Of a DNA stretch of 64,000 nucleotides, positions 49,831 to 61,000 are shown piece after piece. The stretch spans positions 62,001 through 126,000 of the forward strand of contig NIVC01001082.1 in assembly GCA_002269645.1 (NCBI GenBank), read 5' to 3'. The notes below the pieces were generated by a model. The model ran no database searches, was not told where the DNA came from, and saw only the letters and a program-made list of their open reading frames with translations. A program made the position numbers and the translations under genes. Positions within the stretch are counted from its first letter, which is position 1, and each line of letters starts with the position of its first letter. The DNA comes from Macrostomum lignano. Its lineage: Eukaryota.

Positions 49831-50514
49831 CTGTCTGCCTCTGATCCGGTTTTCTGATTTCAGAACTCCATGATTGGAAATCTGTAACTAGATTAATTTT
49901 GATACATATAGGTTTAGTTTATTCATTTAATCTTAATAAGACTAAATTTGAAAAGACAATCGGTAAAACACAGTGACTTTGATGAAACAATAAAACAATG
50001 AGACGTACATATCGATAATATATATTTATTCTCATAAATACTCCTAAGCATTTTAGACTATATTATGTATACAAATAGTACACAAAAGGGTAACATACAC
50101 AAACGAAAACATGATTTGAAAAAAATGAGGGTTGGCTTTTATTTCAGTATCTGAATAGAAGTGCTAAACATTTTAGTTTTTGATCAAGAAATTGTCCGGC
50201 AAGTTGACAATTCAGCCACAGATATATCATCACTAAAAGAAAGATGCCAGCAGCAACCTCTATGTCTATGGGCAAAACCAAATCTACTGCTGGCCAAATG
50301 GCAATTCCCAACTTGGTTGGCTCATCTATCAACCTGGCTGACAAAAAATAAACTTCCTCATCGAACTTAACACTGATTGGCGTTCAGTCCCATAGACTAT
50401 GGAAAATTAGGAAGATGGCGTTAAATAGAATTTTACCATAGACAAAGTGGGCCTATAAAAATGCATTTAAAGAGAAAAGAAGATAAGAGATGTTAGCAGA
50501 CTATTAGAGGGGAG

Positions 50515-50870
50515 GGGGGCGTAGCCCAGTGGTCAAGCGCGGCGCTTTTACGTGCCAGCGGCCCAGGCTCGATTCCAAGTGCAGTCGCATTAATTTTGCG
50601 GCTAAATTGGAATCTCAGCTTGGCTCTGCTCGTGAAATTAACGCCCCTGAGGGCCAAGCCCCTAGGCACAGTGAAGTGTACATGGCGAGCGATAAATAAA
50701 GTTAGGGCCGCTGTACACTCCTGTGTGAGTGTGTGCCTGTGCGTATGACTGCGTACGTATCCGCGCGCTTGTGTGCCTGCTCAGGGGAGTCGGCGGAATG
50801 GGCAGCAATGCCTCTCCGCCGGTTGTGTGACAATAGGTGCACACAGCCATAGACAACACACACATTTCTG
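50515..50870 (+). mobile_element. Probable tRNA-derived SINE
   Basis: A-box GCGTAGCCCAGTGG and B-box-like GGCTCGATTCC in a degenerate tRNA head, followed by a ~280-bp body ending in CA-rich sequence. No clear TSD. Confidence 0.6.
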
Positions 50871-51101
50871 ACTGAAAGACAAGCAAGCCTATAATTGAAC
50901 AATTAAACTAGTCAGAAAGTTGCTCATTGTCTATGGCCCAACCTATCTCTGTCCTCACTTACAGCGGCCCTGACTTTTGGAGCCTGACATCACCCCACCG
51001 CCTGGAAACTCAACTAACTAACAGATTAACAAAACCAGCAGGCGCACAAATTGAAACAGCGCGAACTCATTGCAATAGACTTGACAAATAGCAAAACTCA
51101 C

Positions 51102-52843
51102 TCAGCAATTAAGCAAATTCTGATTGGCACGATCAGTTTCGGCTTCAACAAAATCGTCAATTAAAGATGGCCAAGCCTCGTTATGATCGTAAGCTGATAA
51201 GTCGCTTCCGCAGGTGTCAATAAAGGTCAAAAACATGTTCCAGGTGTCTCTGCTGACGCCTTTGACGCCCGAGGCACCAGATTGCAGCCAGGTTAGCCAG
51301 GCGCCTAAGAGAGGCGGTACGCCCGACGGTCGGGCCTCGAATACAAGCGCCCACAGGTCCGTGGCCATGGGCAGCTGAAGGGTGCGTTGGCCGCTCTCCA
51401 AGCCAAAGTCGAAGGCCCAACGGTAGAGATCCTTGAAGGCGACGTCTACTGAAGGTGAAAGAAAGACTTGATGAGCTCAGTGCTATGAACCTTTGTTTGT
51501 AGGATTCTAATATATTGGCTTTGATGTGCCACTTTAATCAATTTGCTTGGATGTGCCGCTTTCATCTACTGGCTTTGGTGTGCCGCTTTCATCTACTGGC
51601 TTTGGTGTGCCGCTTTCATCTACTGGCTTTGGTGTGCCGCTTTCATCTACTGGCTTTGATGTGCCGCTTTCATCTACTGTCTTTGGTGTGCCGCTTTTAT
51701 CTACTGTCTTTGGTGTGCCGCTTTTATCTACTGGCTTTGATGTGCCGCTTTCATCTACTGGCTTTGATGTGCCGCTTTCATCTACTGGCTTTGATGTGCC
51801 GCTTTCATCTACTGGCTTTGATGTGCCGCTTTCATCTACTGGCTTTGGTGTGCCGCTTTTATCTACTGGCTTTGATGTGCCGCTTTCATCCACTGGCTTT
51901 GATGTGCCGCTTTAATCCACTGGCTTTGATGTGCCGCTTTCATCCACTGGCTTTGGTGTGCCGCTTTAATCCACTGGCTTTGATGTGCCGCATATTACAC
52001 ACGGTAACAATAGCAACATAACATGGCTTCACCCGGCAACCATAGCAACAAGCATCAATCCAATTCACTCACTGTCCTTGACATCCAACGTATCGCCGGA
52101 CACCCGGCCGCCAGCGCGGCCACCTGTCATGGCGTCCAGCCGGGCGTCAAGCGCCGCGCGCAGCCCATCAGCGGTTGGCGCCTCTGCCTGCCGCAGAGCG
52201 GCGCAACCGCGTCTCAACTCGGCCTCAGTGAAGGCGCACATTTCGCGGGCCCGGCACAGCCAGGCTAGCAGTAGAACGCGAATATCGACCGGATCGAGGC
52301 CGAGGTCTCGGCAGAGATGCGCCACGCCGCCGGCGCCAATTTTTAAATGCGGCGTCGATGCGCCAGCGCTGGCGCCATTATCGTCGGTTGGGTCGACCTG
52401 TAGAAATTATTGGATGGATATTATTATACAGTTATTAATAAACTAAAACTATTTAGGTGGCGAGGCATTTTAGCAACTAAAAAGAGGTATAGTTACTCTA
52501 GCCGTCTACCAATGCTGTTAATTAGGTGACGAGGCATTTTCATTAGGAAAGAGAAAGTACTCCGGCTGTTTACCCAACTACTTGCCTCGAAAGCATAGCT
52601 AGCAAAGAATCGATCGAATTCCGTAGTTGCTGCTACAAGCGAAGACGAAGCTGACCGATCGTCACCGCCAACAATATAGGCTTCGCCAGCCTGCAGGCGA
52701 CTGGTCTTTGCCGATCCATCCGATGCTAAAGCAGAGTTTGGCACTGGCAATGGCGGCCTACGCTTGCGCTTGCCCGACTGCTGCTGCGACTTTGGCATCA
52801 TGTCGGGATTGGCGGCAGCTTTGAGTGACAGGCAGCTGCCCAT
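51102..52843 (-). CDS. DCUN1D3: DCN1-like protein 3 (PONY/cullin-neddylation domain) with MGxC N-terminus
   Basis: Exons 52843-52586 (GC donor) or -52574 (GT donor), 52397-52073 and 51448-51102. Motifs MGSCLS, LCRDLGLDP.DIRVLLLAW, FKDLYRWAFDFG, GVSRDTWNMFL.F, YDHNEAWPSLIDDFVE. Confidence 0.92.
51515..51990. repeat. 27-bp minisatellite, DCUN1D3 intron 2
   Basis: (GTGCCGCTTTCATCTACTGGCTTTGAT)n, about 17 units. Confidence 0.93.
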
Positions 52844-53666
52844 TTGGCAGGGGAAAAATTATCGATTTGGAGAAATTATTGTTTAGAAAGACAATTGGGA
52901 AGGGGCGCAATGCAGTAGCTAGTTAGATATGGAAAAATACTGTTTCAACTGGCCTCTGTTCACACTTCAGTGGATTAATTAGAACTCAACCTATCAGGCC
53001 TGTCTGTGTACTTCTGATAGCAACTAATCTGATTGGCTGAACTGCTGATCTGGCCAAGACGGTGGCATGCAATTATTGGGAAAATATTTCATTCATTAAT
53101 TACATAATTAAAAAAGCCCCAAAAGAAAAACTTATTTAAAGATTATGCATTCACATGCATATACTTTCTAACCCCTATTAGAATGAAGCAATAAGAAACA
53201 TGGGTATCAATAAATTTATCTAACAAAAGTTTTTTTATTGACCAGAATATTTTCAACCAAGAGCTTTGCCTAGCAATAAAATATCAAGTTAGAATTCATA
53301 TCTAGATAATTTTTTCTATTTTTATCTAATTCAAAAGGTACACATATCATTAAAAGTGATAATAGCCAGGCAAAAATAGGTTAGAAACCTCAATAGTGAT
53401 AATAATAATAACTATTTATAGCTACCCTAATGGGCAGACATGTGACCAATAGTTTAGCTGCAGCTTTTATGCAATGCACCTGAAGACTGCATATGGCTAT
53501 TTAGCCCAAGGATTATAGGGTCACCACATACACTCAATTATCCTAGCTTACTCATTTTATATCTAGATAAACTGAAGCAATATAAAGTTAAGTATCTTGC
53601 TCAGGGATACAAATTGTTCCATGTGGATTATGAATTAAATCTTAGATATTTAAGACATAAGTCTAA

Positions 53667-53942
53667 GAGGCTTTTCAAATTACCAATTCCAGAATCAGAA
53701 TCGGTTCAGATCTTCCAAGAAAAACAGCATTATACTATTTAATTCTGTTAAATGTTTGACTGCCTTAACACCCTCACTTAGCACAATTTTTCACTCTTTT
53801 GTTGGAGACGAATCTCCCTTTATAAAAAATCCCTTTATAAAAACTTTATAGCACGTATCTCCCTCTAGTTTTGGAGACGAAATGTTATACTTCACAAATT
53901 GGTTCTGGTTCTAGAACCAGAACAAGCAATATGAAAAGGCCC
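53667..53942 (+). mobile_element. PIF/Harbinger-type MITE, copy 1
   Basis: TIR G(A/G)GGCTTTTCA(A/T)ATT / AATATGAAAAGGCCC; 3-bp TSD TAA. Confidence 0.8.
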
Positions 53943-54841
53943 TAATACTCTAACTAGTAACAACTAGGTTACAACTCCCTTCAAATGGTACAAATTTAAA
54001 AACCTTGTTAAAGGAGCAAGAGGCCTAGTTAATAGTTATAATATTAAGACAAAATAATGATTTCTTTTGCCATAAATATAGATGGATAATGATATTGAAA
54101 TATTATCAACTTTTTATGCAAAATATGAAATAAATATATAAATAAGCCAAATTCCTTAGGTATCTAGGAAAATAGCTTAATTGATATAAGAATATTAACC
54201 AGGGAGCAGAGACAAAGGGACAATTGCTTCTCTCTCTTTTCTTTTAGGAAAGCAATAACCTAAAAAATAAAGGAGGCCAAGTATATGAGATTATGAGATT
54301 GCCAAAACATAAAGATATCCCCTTCTGTCCCTCAATTGGGTTTTTACCTTCTAGAATTTCTTTTCAACAAATTTCTAATTATGCCACTATCATAAACAAA
54401 GAGATTAATTAAGTATCTAGGATTTAGGAAGGTTACAAAATTTAAAGTATCAATTGTAACTTTTTGTAAAACTTTTTTTTGCATTTTTAGTCTTATTGCT
54501 ATTGTCATTAATATTAATAATGCATTTGTCATTTACTTACAAAATTTTTATAGAAAAATATTAATTTAATAATGCAAAAAATCTTAATGGCAAGCAGTCT
54601 ATTAGGCCTAACACAAGTAAAAAATAAACACTTATTAATAATTTTTTCTTTATAGATAGACTGATGCTTATCAATAGATCAAGGTACCCAATATTGCATT
54701 TAACATAGATAAGCTATATCATAGATATGCTATATCATATATCATAGATATGCTATATCATAATCAATAGATTTGAAACAAATTATTTATAATACAAAAA
54801 CTTAAATCTTTTAGTGTTTATGCCAATTTATTATCATAGGG

Positions 54842-55837
54842 CAGGAATCAGCAAACTTTTTTCAATGTGGGCCAGATTGGAAAACTGGCTGAAGGGGGCA
54901 GGCCAGAAAAAATGCACAACAAATTGAGGCTAAATGACCATTTGGTATCCTATAGAATTGTTTGTTAAAATTATTTTTTCACTTGAGTTTGATTCCTTTC
55001 TATTTTCAGAGTCCAAAAATATGAAACAAGTGAACAAATTAACAGTTTAACATGTACTGGCAGTTAAATTGTTTGTTATAGTCAACTGCCAAATCACGAC
55101 ATGAGGGTACTACTTGGAAGTTAAACAATGGCACAATCCAACCTGAGGCCACTAGTTGTCCAGCTATCCAGAGAGTAGTAGTCCAAAATCAGAAAGTTAA
55201 GCAATGGCTTTTGACCTGAATCCTAGTATTGGCAGCTTGGCAGCTAATTTTTCAATCTCAAGCGCATCTCCCTTTAAGGTCCCCATTGTCATAGTTTTTT
55301 GACCATAGATATATTTTCATTCTTTGCATATACAAAACTGATAAGTAATATTTTTTAGATTTCCTAAAATCAGCATACAAACTCAAATGTGGAGAGATGC
55401 ATAGATAAAATTACCTAGTCACACTATTACCCAACATTAAAGTAGTACCCTTGTGTTGTAAGAATTGACTATAATAGCCTAAGCAATTTAGCTGCCAGAA
55501 CATGTTCAACTAGAAATTTTTTTACTTGTTTAATATTTTTGGACTCTAAAAATAGAAAGGAAATAAATTCAAGCAAAAAAATAATTCAAGGAACAATTCT
55601 ATAGGATAGCCAACAATTTTTATAGATGATAGACTAAATACAACCAATAACCCCACACTTAAAATTGACATAGGAATGATGGAGTGAAAGCTAATTTTGC
55701 TTTTAAAGTTGAATATTTCAACACAAAATTGGTTTCCGGGCCACTTTTACATTGTTAGATAGTAAGCGTGCTTTAGGCTGGACTTGAAGATGTTGCAGGC
55801 CAGATCTGGCTCACAGGCTGCAGTTTGCCAACCCCTG
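54842..55837. mobile_element. hAT-type non-autonomous element (~1 kb) with an internal inverted repeat
   Basis: TIR CAGGAATCAGCAAACT / AGTTTGCCAACCCCTG; flanks TCATAGGG / CCATAGAG (6/8). A similar 3' end occurs at ~2975-3016. Confidence 0.65.
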
Positions 55838-56831
55838 CCATAGAGCCATATATATCAAATATATTACCATCAGTTTATTGAGAAACCATTGCTAATATTT
55901 AATGTTATGCAAAAATTAAATAAATATGCAACAAGGTATTTATTTTGTGCTTAGCTACTTGCTTTATTTAGTGGATAAACATCTATAGGTCAAGCTACAA
56001 TAAAAGCTAGGCCATGTTGGTATGTGGCCATCTTGGTCATGTGCCATTTACTTCTAAGCCAAAAATACAACTTACCTATGAAATAATTAGATAAATAGGA
56101 AAATACTAAAAGTCTAAAATAGGATAGCTTTTGGTGTATATATAGCTTGATTCTGACTAACCTTGTTCTGGACCAAGTATTAAGTTCTAGACTTCTAGCT
56201 TGCCTTAGATATCAATTGTAAATGAAGCAAAGCTAAAAAAAAATTATAATAATATAAATTTAGTGTTAACTTAGCTAAAATCGATCGCATACCTATATAC
56301 CTAGATAGATAGATAGATACCGACAGACCATTTTTAGTATAGGGGCCTATGGATATAAATAATTTGTTACTAGTTACTACAATAGTTAGTAATATTAGTT
56401 AGGCCCCAACTTTAAAAATGTAGGGCTTAATGAATATATATTTACTGTTAATAATATATTTATTATGAATATATATAGTCAACTCATTTTTAGCATTAGG
56501 GTTTAGTTAATTATGATACGTCATATACCGTGTAGACCCAATCGTGTATGAAACTGCGATTAAATTTTTTGCGTTTTTTGCGGATAGTGATCATTTAAAA
56601 AGTTATCGTTTTCAGATAGGAAGATAAACAAACTGTACTGTGATATTGTGCAGTTCTGTCTGCATTTTTATAAATTGTAAATATTCGTAATGCAGATTCT
56701 TTTGTATACATTTTGAAGTTTCTAAGCTAAAATATACTTACACTAAAATTATACAAGACACCAACACAACTTTCCATCGGAACTCACATTTTTGTTGTGC
56801 CAAGCAAAGGTTTAAGTTTTAACCTGTTCTT

Positions 56832-57090
56832 GGGCCTTTTCATATTACCAATTCCAGAACCAGAATCGGTTTGGAATTCCAAGAAAAACAGCAGTATAAC
56901 TATTAAACTCTGTTAATATTTTACTGCCTTAACAACATAACTTAGCACAATTTTTCACTTTCTTCTTGGCGATTGTCATTCAATAATAAAACTTTATAGT
57001 ATGTATCTCTATCTAGTTATGGAGACAAAAAGTTATACTTCACAAATTGGTTCTGGTTCTGGAACCAGAGCAAGCAATATGAAAAGGCCC
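56832..57090 (+). mobile_element. PIF/Harbinger-type MITE, copy 2
   Basis: Colinear with 53667-53942; TIR GGGCCTTTTCATATT; 3-bp direct flank CTT. Confidence 0.8.
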
Positions 57091-58011
57091 CTTGTCTGGT
57101 TTAAACGCGATATGAAATTTAAGATATGAGATAGTTATAGTATATTCGCGAACAGCACAAAAATATTTTGTTTGTTCCTTTAATGTCAGATACCACTAAG
57201 AAAAACCCACCACAAAATTATTTCGCAATAAAAACATTCCATTGCCCATTAGTAAATCTGTAAATGGCAAATGATCGTGATAGTAGATTTGCAATTTCTA
57301 GAAGGATCAAACAAAAAGTATTTCCAACTACTAGGCCTTCTCTAAATCAAATATACTATGAACGATGCCTCCTACTCTTATTCATCTCGATAGTTTATTT
57401 GTATTTTGTTATTCACTTTGGAAGCTAGGCCCATAGCTGTTTATTTTATTTTTAGTAATTTCATGTTTTATTGATTCAGCCTGCAGGAATTGCTTTTTTC
57501 TTCTTAAACCTAGTCTAGGGTATAAAAAGGAGAAACACATAAGTTATGAATAGGAAATCATTAAGTATTCAACTTACTTAGAATGATATTCCCATGGATA
57601 ATTAGCTAAACTGCAAAACATTAAATAAAAACTTTTTGCAATAGAATGCTATTAAATTCTTCTTCACTTGTAACTAATATAATCAATTAAAATTAAATAA
57701 AATTTTCCATGAAATAGAACTTGATAATCGTTAGTAATAAGGTATTAAAATATTAGCTTTGAGCTAATTCTTTAAATGTATATTACTACTTGTTATATTT
57801 TATATTTAATATGGTTATTAATGTATATGTTCTATGTTCTAAAATCTATCTTTTATTAACGAGTTTTCAAGCCTTTTGTTTTGAGGCTTTTTATCTCTTT
57901 ATCATTTGCTACTCTTTTAAAAAATTAAACATTTATTGCTTTTTTATCTAACATTGTTATTATTCCTTATACCTTTTTTATAATTAAGTAACCTCACTAA
58001 AACATTTGCAG

Positions 58012-61000
58012 ACATGGCCTCAGGCTCTAGCCTTAAACAGGCTAAAATCAATCACAGAAATAGTGGAATCAATTCTAAACGCCAGGCTAAAATAACTGCC
58101 GATCTTGTTATTGAAGATGACATCGACACTGAACTGTCTGTTGCAGCTCTTGGAGGCTCCAGATGGCAGCATCAGCAGCAGCTGGGACAACAACAGCAGC
58201 AGCATCGTATAACTTCGTCACATGGCAGAAAACCGACCGCCCCTGCAGGTAGCAGCAGACTTGGTGCAAGTGGCGATGCAATTCCAGCTTCCTTTGGCAG
58301 CAGAATCTCTAACAGGACGGAGACTGAGGTTCGAGCTTTGATCTGTGCTGGCGCCTCTGGTGCTGGCGCCTCTGGTGCTGGCGCCTCTGGTGCTGGCGCC
58401 TCTGGTGCTGGCGCCTCTGGTGCTGGCGCCTCTGGTGCTGGCGCCTCTGGTGCTGGCGCCTCTGGTGCTGGCGCCTCTGGTGCTGGCGCCTCTGGTGCTG
58501 GCACCTCTGGTGCTGGCGCCTCTGGTGCTGGCGCCTCTGGTGCTGGCGCCTCTGGTGCTGGCGCCTCTGGTGCTGGCGCCTCTGGTGCTGGCACCTCTGG
58601 TGCTGGCACCTCTGGTGCTGGCACCTCTGGTGCTGGCACCTCTGGTGCTGGCACCTCTGGTGCTGGCACCTCTGGTGCTGGCGCCCCATTTAAATAAAAT
58701 GACGCCCCAAAGACCCAGTAAAACCCAGCAAACACCCTGCCGCTCGAGCCACTCAGCCTTCTGATACCAAATACATTTATTTCCACTATTTCCGCCAACA
58801 GCTGGACTCTGTGCAATTTCCACCGGTTCGCCGGGGTCAAGCCGGGTCAAGCTTGCCCAAGACCACCAGCAGCCCAGCGACGACCTCGCCTTCGCCCTCC
58901 AATTCGGCATCGACTAAGTCAACACCGGAGCTTCTGCCGCCACTCGTCGCTGCTGATATTATTAGCGCAAACAAAAAAATCGACGCAGATTCATCGATTG
59001 CTACTAAAAGTACTAATACTACTGCTAATGATGACAATAAGCCAGCTAACGAAGCTCCAGTTGCCTTGAAGCAGCCGCCGGCCAAACTGTCCCTTGATCG
59101 GCCGTGGTGGAAATCTGTTGACAAGCAGCAGCAAAACCAGCTGCTGGAAGCTCTGCCGGCGCCGCCGAAGCCGCCGCAGGCGTCGCAGACCTTGAAACCG
59201 CAGCCGTCAGCGCCGGCAACAGTCGAAGCGTTGGAAACTGTCAAAGACGCTGCAGTAAATCTTGTTGCTCCTTCGTCAAAGCCTGCAACAACCGCCGCTG
59301 CCAAGCTTTGGATCCGAGAGCCGATCACCGAGAAGCAAATTGAAGTGAGGCGCTTTGAGATTGCATCGTTTTTCATGTTTCATATTTTCAAAGTTTTATA
59401 TGGGCTGATAGAAAATGCTATCGCAGACACTGCTCATTGATTGGGAGGGACAATTGGCTGTGAGTGACAATAGAATGAGAATGACAGCTGACTGAGGAGT
59501 TTGACTAAGGGTGACATTTGACTGAGAGTGACAGTTGACTGAGAGTGACATTTGACTGAGAGTGACAGTTGAATGAGAGTGACAGTTGACTGAGAGTGAC
59601 AATTGACTTAAGATGCATATAAGTATCTATCCAAGAAATAGAACTTAGAGCCTAAAAATGTTGATATTTTTATTTATTGTTAAATTTCTGACGCGCAAAA
59701 GTCATAGAGCTAAGGTTCATATAACTATGTTGCTAATAGTAAAATTGAAGAATTTTGCAAGCCTTATTATTTTGATTGTGTATTTAAAAATATTGCAGTC
59801 CCTACGCGTAGCTCTGTTTGGCAGCGGGGACAGCCGCTTTAGTCCGGACTGGGCTAGCCAAGGCTTCCACTTTGGCTTCGATCTGATGCCTTACCTGCTG
59901 ACATCGTCCAAGGTGAGTCCAGGAACGAGCTTAGCTTATCTAGCTTATTAGCATTTGAGCTCGTCATTTGAGCTCGACATCGAGTTACTCAAGAAAATTC
60001 CTAACTGACACGACGATATGTTTCGAAAATTGGTCTATAGTGCCTTTTTGTGAGAGGCGAGAATTAATTATAATTGTTTATTAAATTTCGAGGACCCAGC
60101 ATGCTTAAAGTCGAGAATCAGATTTCGGACGACAGGATTCGAACCCGGGCATTATAATTCACCAGACCTATACGCTTGACCACTCGGCTACGCCTCCTCC
60201 ATAACTTAGTCATTGTGTTTTTGTTATATAATAAATTCGAACCGCTCTGTGGTTCGAACCCGGGCCCTTCTAACTGACAGAGCGATTCGCTTAACCACTC
60301 GGCCAAAACTCTCCAACAACTTGCCGTAGAATTTTGCTGTAATTAACACTACTGCAGCAGGAGCCCCGGTCTGCTCTGTGCGCCGTTCAAGCTGAGCTGC
60401 TCCGACAGCTGCTGTTCACCGAGGCTTCCGCAAACCCGACGAACCCGGCCTCTAAAATCGGCGGCAACAATTTAGAGCCGACAATTCGATTGAAACGACT
60501 GGCTGGACCGGCGCAAAGAAGCGCCGCGTTGGCTCGCGCTTTTTCCAGCATTGTGGCTCGGTGCGGCGACAGTGTGAAACTTGTTTTGTGAGTTAAAATT
60601 GAAACAACAAGCGCTCAATTTCATAATTCAATAGCCGATTTTGTCAACTCCCGTTATTAATTTTTAGACCAAATTCCAAAGGCATTTCCTATATAGACAG
60701 TTTGAGCTACGTAAAGGATGGCTTATCCGAAAAGGTTAGTGCGTCAAAAATGACATTATATACTTTTCGAATTTATATTTATGGACATCGGCTAGCGTTT
60801 AGTTAAGCACGGTTTATGAAAGTGTAATTACGACAGTAAGTGGCATGGTAATTAAGGACATATCAGATAGGTGGCAGGGTAATTAGGGACATAGGTGGCA
60901 GGGTAATTAGGGACATGGGTGGCGGGGTAATTAAGGACATGGGTGGCAGGGTAATTAAGGACATGGGTGGCAGGGTAATTAGGGATATGGGTGGCAGGGT

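Noticed and set aside
45130-50400. A protein-coding gene in the spacers between the arrays
   Set aside because: Several exon-like fragments exist on both strands (e.g. LSDVEKPVYCVENIFRA; AQTAAHNLRKQRR), but splice phases could not be reconciled and no family was recognised.
53000-58011. N-terminal MINDY4 exons (VREFL-type motif)
   Set aside because: Only a weak resemblance at ~55128 (LVVQLSRE then stop) inside a transposon; no supportable exon. The gene may start at ATG 58014 after a 5'-UTR or trans-splice acceptor.
50515-60310. Functional tRNA genes at 50515, 60127 and 60241
   Set aside because: A and B boxes are present, but acceptor and anticodon stems do not pair properly; treated as SINE head or pseudo-tRNAs.
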